Assembly: GCA_903915615.1 (NCBI GenBank)
Contig: CAIWTR010000646.1
Span: forward strand, 1-43,354
Direction: 5' to 3'
Length of the DNA: 43,354 nucleotides
Source: an uncultured Armatimonadetes bacterium
Lineage (GTDB): Bacteria; Armatimonadota; Armatimonadia; Armatimonadales; Armatimonadaceae
Every line of letters begins with the position of its first letter. Positions within the stretch are counted from its first letter, which is position 1. Below are positions 26,722 through 34,447 of this stretch, piece after piece. The notes under the pieces were generated by a model. It did no database searches, was not told the origin of the DNA, and saw only the letters and a list, made by a program, of their open reading frames with translations. A program made the position numbers and the translations under genes.

Positions 26722-28737
26722 CTAATCCTTAGGATTTGGATGATTAAGATTTCCCATTTCACGGTGTGCATCCCGCAAATTTTCCAACCACAATTCACAG
26801 CTGGCATCACTTGGCATCCGCCAATCACCACGGGGGGAGAGACTCCCACCACTGCCTACTTTTGGTCCATTGGGGATACAGGTCCGTTTAAACTGATTCT
26901 GAAAGAAGCGCCGTATGAACAGTTCAAGCCACTTTGCAAGTTCATCTGAGTGGTACGTTGAACCCCACGCTTGTTGCAGCAAGTAATAAATCTTGGCTGG
27001 CGTTAAGCCAAACCGGGTGAAGTAGTAAAGAGCAAAGTCCTGAAGGGCATAGGGGCCAACCTTTGCTTCTGTACGCTGCGATGGCTCAGCTTCACCATCG
27101 GTGCCTGGAATCAGCTCAGGCGAAATCTCTGTTTCGACAATGTCCAAAAGAACTTTGCGCAGGACGGGCGTGCTGCTAACATCATCGGCTAGCCATCGAA
27201 TCAGATATTGGATGAGCGTTTTCGGAACGCTGCAATTCACGGAGTAATGGCTCATATGGTCTCCAACACCATACGTACACCAACCTAGTGCCAGCTCGGA
27301 CAGATCTCCTGTGCCAATCACGATTCCACCAACATGGTTTGCGAGTCTGAACAGATGACTTGTTCGCTCTCCGGCCTGTACATTTTCGAAGGTCACATCG
27401 TAGATGGGCTCGCCGTTAACGAAAGGATGCCCAATGTCCTGCAGCATTTGCATACAGCTTGGCCGGATATCAACTGCGGATGCATCCATCCCAAGGAGGG
27501 ACATCAATGCATTTGCTTGATCAAGTGTCCGCGCCGATGTTGCAAATCCGGGCATTGTCACGGCGGTGATTTGGCTCCGAGTCCAGCCAAGGGCATCGGC
27601 GGCTCGGCAGCATACCAGGGCTGCATGCGTAGAATCGAGCCCTCCAGATATTCCAATGACCATCCGTTGTACGCCAGATGACCTTAGCCGCTGGACAAGG
27701 CCGGCAACCTGTATCTGATAGACCTCTTCACAGCGTTGGTCACGCTGCCCGTGATCCGATGGCACATAGGGGAACTGTGCGACATTGCGTTGCAGAGGAA
27801 CGTGATCCGTACAGTGAGCAGTGACTGTCTTGATAATGCGCTTTGGTTTAGGTCCATCAAATGTATGAAACTTCAACCGGTCATGGTGTAAACGGTCGAT
27901 GTCAATGTCTGCGACGGTGAGCTTCGATGATGTATCCAGCCATGACTGATGCTCTGCGAGAAGGGACCCGTTTTCTGCGAGGATGCAATGTCCATCCCAA
28001 GCAACATCGTTGGAAGATTCCCCTGGCCCTCCGGATGCATACGCATAGCCACAAATCAACCTTGCGGAAAGACTTGTTATTAGCTGTCGACGGTAATCAG
28101 GCTTTCCCGTCGTAACATTGGATGCCGATAGGTTGCAGATAATGGTTGCTCCGGCGAGCGCGAGCTGGGTCGATGGAGTATCCGGAACCCAAGCATCTTC
28201 GCAGATCTCGACTCCGACAAGCTTCGAAATATCATCGCCTAGCTGAAACAATATATTGCGGCCAAAAGGCACGCTTTGGCCATTGATTACAATGTCTGAC
28301 GTGTCGCCATCAAACGGAGTGAAGTATCTTGGCTCGTAATACTCCCGATATCCGGGTAAGTGTTGTTTGGGGACAATACCGACGATGTGACCATTGTTTA
28401 TCCCAACGGCACAGTTGTAAAGCTTTGCGCCTACACGAATCGGAGCACCAACGAAGCACAACAGCTTGGTGTCAATAGTGGCATCACAAATCACCTGAAG
28501 TGCATCCGTAACGGCATCCAGCAACACGGTCTGCTGAAACAACTCATCACATGTGTAGCCGGTAAGCCCAAGTTCCGGCGTTACCAAGACTTGAATATGA
28601 TCAGCCTGCGAATCGTGCATCAGCTGCACGATGGAGGAAGCATTTGCTTTGGGATTTGCGATTGTGATAACGGTGCTGGCAACAGCAACTCGGACAAAAC
28701 CGTGGCGAAACGGGCTGTCAAACGGTATGAGTGACAT
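26722..28737 (-). CDS. nadE: Glutamine-dependent NAD+ synthetase (CN-hydrolase domain plus NAD synthase domain)
   Basis: 671 aa. The N-terminal nitrilase-like domain has GFVRVAVAS...PELGLTGYTCDELF...GVEICEDAW. The PP-loop is VIGISGGLDSTHAAL. Confidence 0.93.
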   Translation of the reverse strand: MSLIPFDSPFRHGFVRVAVASTVITIANPKANASSIVQLMHDSQADHIQVLVTPELGLTGYTCDELFQQTVLLDAVTDALQVICDATIDTKLLCFVGAPIRVGAKLYNCAVGINNGHIVGIVPKQHLPGYREYYEPRYFTPFDGDTSDIVINGQSVPFGRNILFQLGDDISKLVGVEICEDAWVPDTPSTQLALAGATIICNLSASNVTTGKPDYRRQLITSLSARLICGYAYASGGPGESSNDVAWDGHCILAENGSLLAEHQSWLDTSSKLTVADIDIDRLHHDRLKFHTFDGPKPKRIIKTVTAHCTDHVPLQRNVAQFPYVPSDHGQRDQRCEEVYQIQVAGLVQRLRSSGVQRMVIGISGGLDSTHAALVCCRAADALGWTRSQITAVTMPGFATSARTLDQANALMSLLGMDASAVDIRPSCMQMLQDIGHPFVNGEPIYDVTFENVQAGERTSHLFRLANHVGGIVIGTGDLSELALGWCTYGVGDHMSHYSVNCSVPKTLIQYLIRWLADDVSSTPVLRKVLLDIVETEISPELIPGTDGEAEPSQRTEAKVGPYALQDFALYYFTRFGLTPAKIYYLLQQAWGSTYHSDELAKWLELFIRRFFQNQFKRTCIPNGPKVGSGGSLSPRGDWRMPSDASCELWLENLRDAHREMGNLNHPNPKD

Positions 28738-28829
28738 GATGCCCGATTGTATCGTTTTGCCGCGAATGGTTTTTCAAGTCCTCATCGTAGAGCCTTTACT
28801 TACGCTCGAGGTTATGAAGGTATGCAACG

Positions 28830-29879
28830 ATGTTGCCAACTGAGACCAAGGAACAGCTTCGGGATGCCCTACTTGCGTGTGGATTTTCGCAGGTTGGCTT
28901 TACAGACACTTTTCCAAGTCGGCAGCAGAGCTATTGGCGAGCATGGACCAATGCTGGTTATGCCGGAGAAATGCTGTGGCTATCGACACGCAGGGAGCTT
29001 CGTACAGGACATTTGGGTGTACCTGAGCTCCTAGATGGTGCGCAAACGGCCATTGTTCTAGCGGTTTCTTACAACCACCCATCGATTGAAGCAGGTCCTT
29101 CGGATGGAATAATTGCCAAATATGCTCAGGGATTGGATTATCACCGCGTTATTCGTTCGATAACGAAGCAAGGGATGAAGGTCGTTGAAGAGCTCATTCC
29201 CGAATCAGTATCACGGGCAACGACGGACTCAGCACCGATTCCTGAGCGGGAGCTTGCCGTCCGCGCTGGTATCGGCTGGCAGGGGCGTCACACGAATGTC
29301 ATCGTTCCAGGATTTGGTAACTATGTCTTTTTGTCTGTCATCCTGACAACAGCATTGATTGAACCGGATACACCAGATTCCAAGATGGGGAACTGTGGGG
29401 GATGTACTAAATGCCTTCAGGTTTGTCCAACGGGAGCTCTTGTCGCGCCCAATGTTCTGGATCCACGTCGATGCATCAGCTATTGGACCATTGAGGCAAA
29501 GGAAAGCATTCCGCTTGAGATTAGGCCATTGATGGGAAATCGAATCTTTGGCTGCGATATCTGCATTGATGTTTGTCCTTGGAACTCGCTTGCATCGGTG
29601 GAGCAGCTCACAGCCTTCGATTGGAAACCAAGCTTTGGGGCACTTGATTTAGGAAATCTCTTTACGAATTTGTCATCTGAAGAATGGTTTCAGCAAACAT
29701 TTTTGGGTACGCCGGTTCTACGAACGGGCCGGGCAGGTCTGCGTCGCAATGTAGCGGTTGCCATTGGTAACACACACGACGTTAGGCTTAAGTCCGTACT
29801 TGAAGCCGGCTTACTAGATGAGTCAGGAATCGTGCGCGAGCATGTGGAGTGGGCGTTGCAAGCGCTAGTGACTTCGTAG
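28830..29879 (+). CDS. queG: tRNA epoxyqueuosine(34) reductase QueG
   Basis: Two 4Fe-4S ferredoxin motifs (CGGCTKCLQVCPTGAL; CDICIDVCPWN), the GIGWQGRHTN motif and a C-terminal HEAT-like region. Confidence 0.9.
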   Translation: MLPTETKEQLRDALLACGFSQVGFTDTFPSRQQSYWRAWTNAGYAGEMLWLSTRRELRTGHLGVPELLDGAQTAIVLAVSYNHPSIEAGPSDGIIAKYAQGLDYHRVIRSITKQGMKVVEELIPESVSRATTDSAPIPERELAVRAGIGWQGRHTNVIVPGFGNYVFLSVILTTALIEPDTPDSKMGNCGGCTKCLQVCPTGALVAPNVLDPRRCISYWTIEAKESIPLEIRPLMGNRIFGCDICIDVCPWNSLASVEQLTAFDWKPSFGALDLGNLFTNLSSEEWFQQTFLGTPVLRTGRAGLRRNVAVAIGNTHDVRLKSVLEAGLLDESGIVREHVEWALQALVTS

Positions 29880-29880
29880 A

Positions 29881-30993
29881 CTATCTGGCCGACTTTACGA
29901 TTTCGATGATCCAGGCAACATTTCCATGGAGCGCAGAGACTGTACAAAACTCATCGTGGGTGTGGATGAGCTGCATTCCTGTTGCGAGAACTGCTGTCGG
30001 AATACCAAAACCATTGAAGTGGTTGGCATCTGTGCCTCCGCCTGACTCTCGAAACTGTGGCGGAAAACCTAAGGTTGATGCAGCTTGCGCTGCAAGGCTA
30101 ATGACAGGGAAGTCATTTGTCAGGTGGTATGCGGGATAACTATTTGTCGTACGGATAGTCACCGTCGCTCCCATTTTTGCCGCTTCAACTTCAAAAGCTG
30201 TTTTGATCGTCGACAGCTGCTCTTCTAGTTTAGTCTGGTTGCGTGAGCGTGCCTCCGCAATGATGGTTACGGTGTCTGGAACAACATTGCGTGCTTGACC
30301 ACCAGTGATCACACCAACATTGTTTGTTGTTTCAGCATCGATACGCCCGACAGGAAACGATGCGATTGCCTTTGCAGCGGCAACAATTGCGTTGATGCCT
30401 TTTTCAGGCTCGGCTCCTGCGTGCGCGGCTTTCCCATGAACGGTGATTTCAAGGCATTCAGATGCTGGAGCAGCTGTCACGATTGAACCAAGTGGCGGCC
30501 CACCATCTAGGACAAAACCATATTGGCTGGTTAGCATTGTTTGATCGATGTTAGCTGCACCAACAAGTCCGATCTCTTCACAAGTCGTAAAGACAACTTG
30601 CAGCTGGCCGTGGGGAATGTTCTTGGTGACGATCTCTTCCATCGCGCAGATGATTGGTGCCGCACCGCATTTGTCATCTCCGCCGAGAATTGTGTCACTC
30701 GTTGCAGAAATGACATCACCATCAACCACAACGTTAATCCCTGGAGTAGGCTCCACTGTATCGAGGTGTGCGGCAAAGAGGAGGCCTGGTAGCGATGTAT
30801 CAGTGGCGGGTAGTGTGGCGATCAGATTGCCAACGTTTGATCCTGTTGCCGAGTTGGATCCATCCCAGCGGACATCAAATCCAATGTTTCTCAACCGCTC
30901 TGCACAGTAGAGGCTGACATCGTGTTCGGACCTCGACGGTGAGTTATAGCTGAGCAGGTCGAGTAATGTGGACAGAACATCTTTGGTTGGCAT
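29881..30993 (-). CDS. M20/M25/M40 family metallopeptidase (peptidase T-like)
   Basis: AHLDTVEP and GGDDKCG metal-ligand motifs, CEEIGLVGA and a C-terminal HTHDE motif. 370 aa. Confidence 0.85.
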   Translation of the reverse strand: MPTKDVLSTLLDLLSYNSPSRSEHDVSLYCAERLRNIGFDVRWDGSNSATGSNVGNLIATLPATDTSLPGLLFAAHLDTVEPTPGINVVVDGDVISATSDTILGGDDKCGAAPIICAMEEIVTKNIPHGQLQVVFTTCEEIGLVGAANIDQTMLTSQYGFVLDGGPPLGSIVTAAPASECLEITVHGKAAHAGAEPEKGINAIVAAAKAIASFPVGRIDAETTNNVGVITGGQARNVVPDTVTIIAEARSRNQTKLEEQLSTIKTAFEVEAAKMGATVTIRTTNSYPAYHLTNDFPVISLAAQAASTLGFPPQFRESGGGTDANHFNGFGIPTAVLATGMQLIHTHDEFCTVSALHGNVAWIIEIVKSAR

Positions 30994-31005
30994 CGATTAC
31001 CCTAA

Positions 31006-31039
31006 CTTAAACAAAGAACCGCAACCGAAGTTGCGGTTC
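31006..31039 (-). terminator. Intrinsic terminator downstream of the small lipoprotein gene
   Basis: On the minus strand, GAACCGCAAC-TTCG-GTTGCGGTTC (10-bp perfect stem) is followed by TTTGTTTAAG. Confidence 0.8.
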
Positions 31040-31055
31040 GTATGGGACAGGAACC

Positions 31056-31253
31056 TTATTGTGGTTGTGTTGCAGAACCGGATGGGGACTGAACTGGGGT
31101 GTCAGACTTCTGTCCAGGAGTGCCAGCGGCTGGTGCGCCTGCAGGTGTCGCAGCAGAAGGAGCTGGTGCAGGGGCGGGAGCTGCCTCTTCAGGCTTTTGG
31201 CAGCCTGCGAGTGCAAGGGATGCCAGAACTGCGATCATAAGTAAATACTTCAT
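31056..31253 (-). CDS. Small lipoprotein with a Pro/Ala-rich disordered tail
   Basis: MKYLLMIAVLASLALAG/C lipobox, followed by PEEAAPAPAPAPSAATPAGAPAAGTPGQ. GAGG Shine-Dalgarno 8 nt upstream. Confidence 0.7.
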   Translation of the reverse strand: MKYLLMIAVLASLALAGCQKPEEAAPAPAPAPSAATPAGAPAAGTPGQKSDTPVQSPSGSATQPQ

Positions 31254-31263
31254 ATCGGTACCT

Positions 31264-31298
31264 CAAATTGGAAAGCCGTCCAGCATAGGCTGGACGGC
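31264..31298 (-). terminator. Intrinsic terminator or attenuator downstream of the H-X9-DG pilin-like gene
   Basis: On the minus strand, GCCGTCCAGC-CTAT-GCTGGACGGC (10-bp perfect stem) is followed by TTTCCAATTTG, a weak U-tract. Confidence 0.6.
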
Positions 31299-31323
31299 AA
31301 TGACTAAACCTGACAGGTCAGGC

Positions 31324-32193
31324 CTATGGTTGGAAGTCTGGGCGGAACAACCATGGATGGCAGCCGTTGGTCCACAGGAAGCCTGGGATACCGGATGCGT
31401 TGTAGCCCGTGTAAGGGTCAACTGCCCAGTTGGTGTTTGCAGGGGACTGTTGCATTCCAAGAACGCGGTACTTTGCATGGCCATCGGCGAATACAAAGTT
31501 CATACCCTTGTTGTGGATCCAGATCGAACCATCGATACCGAATGCACCACCGGTACCGCCGTTGGTGGTTCCGGAACAGGATGTGTTGTACACACATGGC
31601 TGCGTGCCATCAGCACAGGTCAGGAGTGGGTTCTGGAGGTTGCCACCCAGTGCTGCACTCTTGCCACGGCCTTCCCAGATCAATGGGAGGTCAGCTGGAG
31701 CATTGATGCCAGCTTGTGGGTAAGCCTGAAGAAGTCCGTTGATTGTGTAGGAAGTCTTCTCTGGACGAGCAAGCATGTTGGAGTAGGTAAAGCGTGCGAG
31801 GCCAACACGGAACTCAGGAGCGGATGGGCATGCGAGAATACCGTAGTTCTTCACGTATGGCTGAATGGTGTTTGCCCACACAAAGTTGGAACCCAGAACT
31901 GCAGGGTGTGTCTGCAGGGAGGACCATGTTGGGGGAACCATGTGCCAGAAGTTTGTGAGCCACTGGCCATTGATATTGGATGTGGTCAACGGCATCAACT
32001 CATCGTAGTCCTGGGAATACATGAGTGTTGCAAGTCCGAGCTGCTTCTGGTTTGAAAGGCAGGATGCAGAACGGGCCTTTTCACGTGCCTGAGCAAATAC
32101 TGGGAAGAGGATAGCTGCCAAAATCGCGATGATTGCGATGACGACGAGGAGTTCGATAAGGGTGAACGCCTGCCGATTGTTTCGGATATTCAT
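31324..32193 (-). CDS. Prepilin-type N-terminal cleavage/methylation domain protein with an H-X9-DG motif (DUF1559-like)
   Basis: [62 protein letters not shown], and near the C-terminus [12 protein letters not shown] (nt 31480-31515). The start is set at the ATG at 32191-32193, with a GAGG Shine-Dalgarno 6 nt upstream. The ORF-track start at 32205 is a TTG. Confidence 0.88.
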   Translation of the reverse strand: MNIRNNRQAFTLIELLVVIAIIAILAAILFPVFAQAREKARSASCLSNQKQLGLATLMYSQDYDELMPLTTSNINGQWLTNFWHMVPPTWSSLQTHPAVLGSNFVWANTIQPYVKNYGILACPSAPEFRVGLARFTYSNMLARPEKTSYTINGLLQAYPQAGINAPADLPLIWEGRGKSAALGGNLQNPLLTCADGTQPCVYNTSCSGTTNGGTGGAFGIDGSIWIHNKGMNFVFADGHAKYRVLGMQQSPANTNWAVDPYTGYNASGIPGFLWTNGCHPWLFRPDFQP

Positions 32194-32429
32194 ATTCGAC
32201 CTCAATTAAGATTAGTCCCACACCACTCCTGAGTGGTGAAACTCAAGTGCTTTGTCGGTGTCTCTCCAACGGATGCCCGAAGGATTGAGGGTTTATACCC
32301 GAAGATTTAACGATTTGCTAGAAAATGTATAGGTATAAATACGGTTATATACACGGTATGCCTACCAGCACTCTGGATGTAGGTTGCGGCTATTGACCGA
32401 TCCTGACATTTGGGACTTACGCAGTTGCT

Positions 32430-32458
32430 TTGACAACAAGACACCCCAGTCATATAAT
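32430..32458 (+). promoter_or_regulatory. Consensus sigma70-type promoter
   Basis: TTGACA (32430-32435), a 17-nt spacer and TATAAT (32453-32458). Both hexamers match the consensus exactly. The predicted TSS is near 32465, about 180 nt upstream of the ABC ATPase ATG. Confidence 0.7.
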
Positions 32459-32644
32459 CGGAAAGTTTACAGGTACACTCGCTACTGGTCGTTTTTCCAG
32501 TGAGGGTTTGCCTGCCCGCAGCGCTGGCGATTTTCGCGTGGTGCAAGCCACCGCATCCACTGGTAGCGGTTTCGAAGAAGAAAGGACGCTCTGTAGGATT
32601 CATCCATATTCCATGGATGTTGAACCGGAGTGGAGGGCCGACAA

Positions 32645-33658
32645 ATGGCGGCAGCTATAGAGATTACTAACCTGACAAAGCAGTATCCCGTGCCCATGAA
32701 GCGGGAATTTGTCAATGCCGTTGATAATCTGACATTGACAGTCGGAGAAGGTGAAATCTTCGGGTTTTTGGGCGCCAACGGTGCTGGTAAAACCACGACG
32801 ATTAAGATTCTCCTCGGGTTGATTTACGCGACAAGCGGTGATGCGAACGTCCTCGGTGCCCCCGCAGGTGACATTGCGGTCAAGCACAAGATTTCGTATC
32901 TCCCTGAAAGCCCTTACTTCTACGAGCACATGACGGCTCGTGAAATTGTCACGTTCTATGCACAGCTCTTTGGAATGCATCGTGAAGAAGCAAAGAAAAA
33001 GGCTGATGAACTTGTAGATTTCGTTGGTCTTGGTGGCAAGTCTGATGTCAACAAGCCAGTTTCCGAGTTTTCAAAAGGTATGCGACAACGTGTAGGTATT
33101 GCACAGTCGCTCATCAATGATCCGACGTTGTTGTTCTACGACGAGCCAACATCTGGTCTTGATGCGATTGCCCGACGTGATATTCGAGACCTAATGCTTG
33201 AGCTGAAGCGCCAAGGCAAGACGATGTTCCTGTCGAGCCACCAGCTTGAAGACGTCGAACTTGTATGCCACCGTGCATCGATTATCCATAAGGGCAAGCT
33301 TCAAGTGCTTGGCACGATGGAAGAGCTGCTTGGTGGTGAGCGTGTCGAGATCAAAATCGAGAACACGCCGGCTGAGCTCGCAGCTAAGTTGTCTGCTGAT
33401 GGAGCTATCCGAACAGGTGATGTACTAACGGCATCTGTTGTTCGTGGTGATGTCAGCTCTGTGATTGACGCGGCACGTAGCGGCAACGCAAGCGTGGTCA
33501 GCATCGTCCCAATGAAGCGTCGCCTCGAAGACATCTTTGTCGAAATCGTTGGCGGAAGGCTTGATAAGGTCAGTGGATCGTTGATCTCGACTGGCGACCG
33601 GCCACTCGTCAACAACGAAACGTCCTCTGCCAATCCATACAAGGAGATTGCAAAGTAA
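32645..33658 (+). CDS. ABC-2-type exporter ATP-binding protein (GldA/NatA/DrrA-like)
   Basis: Walker A GANGAGKTT, signature FSKGMRQRVGIAQSL, Walker B LLFYDEPTSGLD and H-loop LSSHQLED, plus a C-terminal regulatory-type domain of about 100 aa. The start is set at the ATG at 32645, with a GGAGGG Shine-Dalgarno 7 nt upstream. The ORF-track start at 32630 is a GTG that lies across the Shine-Dalgarno region. Confidence 0.9.
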   Translation: MAAAIEITNLTKQYPVPMKREFVNAVDNLTLTVGEGEIFGFLGANGAGKTTTIKILLGLIYATSGDANVLGAPAGDIAVKHKISYLPESPYFYEHMTAREIVTFYAQLFGMHREEAKKKADELVDFVGLGGKSDVNKPVSEFSKGMRQRVGIAQSLINDPTLLFYDEPTSGLDAIARRDIRDLMLELKRQGKTMFLSSHQLEDVELVCHRASIIHKGKLQVLGTMEELLGGERVEIKIENTPAELAAKLSADGAIRTGDVLTASVVRGDVSSVIDAARSGNASVVSIVPMKRRLEDIFVEIVGGRLDKVSGSLISTGDRPLVNNETSSANPYKEIAK

Positions 33659-34446
33659 TGAACACAGCTATGGTGATTGCGCGCAATACCATTAGTGAAG
33701 CGCTTCGCAAAAAGATTCTTAACGCATTCCTGATGGTTGGCGTTGTTCTGATTGCACTCACATTTATCTTCCAGCAGTTTGCACCACGCCAGGAACTAAC
33801 CCTTGTCAAGGGAATGGGTCTTGGTATCATCAGCCTTGCTGGTCTCTTCATCACAGTGATTCTGTGTATCAACCTCGTACCAACAGAAGTTGAGCGCAGG
33901 ACCATCTACACAATTCTTGCGAAGCCTGTACGCCGGTATGAGTTCCTCCTCGGTAAGTTCTTTGGTGCTCTTGGAACCTTGGGCATCAACATCGGACTGA
34001 TGGGACTTGCATTCGTTGTTGCAGTTGCAGTCAAGCAGATTGGCGCAGAGAACGCAGTCAGCCCATTGATTCTCTTCAAAGGCATTCTGATGATTGCAAT
34101 GCAGATGTTGCTCCTTGCAGCACTTGCGATGTTCTTTTCGACCTTTGTGACTCCGCTTGTCAACTTCTTCTTGACGATGGTGTTGTTCGTTATTGGCAAC
34201 CTGTCCAGCTATACGCTTGACCTTGCCAAGAACAGCCAAGTTGCGATTGTCAAGTATGTGCTGCTCGGTGTCCATTATGTGGTTCCGAACTTCGGCAACT
34301 TCCAGTACACCAACCCGTTGTTGCAGCCGGATGTTGTCGTAAAGAACGAAACCCTGTTCCTGACGCAGAACTGTGCGTATGCGGTTGCATATGCGACGGC
34401 GCTGATGGTGTTGGCAATCCTCGTATTCGATCGCCGGGAGGTCTGA
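33658..34446 (+). CDS. ABC-2 family permease (NosY/GldF-like, 6 TM)
   Basis: N-terminus MVIARNTISEALRKKILNAFLMVGVVLIAL and a six-segment hydrophobic profile. 1-nt overlap with the ATPase stop. Confidence 0.85.
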   Translation: MNTAMVIARNTISEALRKKILNAFLMVGVVLIALTFIFQQFAPRQELTLVKGMGLGIISLAGLFITVILCINLVPTEVERRTIYTILAKPVRRYEFLLGKFFGALGTLGINIGLMGLAFVVAVAVKQIGAENAVSPLILFKGILMIAMQMLLLAALAMFFSTFVTPLVNFFLTMVLFVIGNLSSYTLDLAKNSQVAIVKYVLLGVHYVVPNFGNFQYTNPLLQPDVVVKNETLFLTQNCAYAVAYATALMVLAILVFDRREV

Positions 34447-34447
34447 C

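Noticed and set aside
31099-32055. A 318-aa plus-strand ORF opposite the H-X9-DG pilin-like gene.
   Set aside because: It is antisense to a gene with clear family motifs. The product is rich in Cys, Trp, Gly and Val and has no recognisable domain or ribosome-binding site.
32307-32660. The 98-aa (-) and 76-aa (+) ORFs in the 440-nt spacer between the pilin-like gene and the ABC-2 operon.
   Set aside because: They have no Shine-Dalgarno. The plus-strand ORF begins with the TTG of the TTGACA -35 hexamer. Their composition is unremarkable. The region is better explained as divergent promoters plus a leader.
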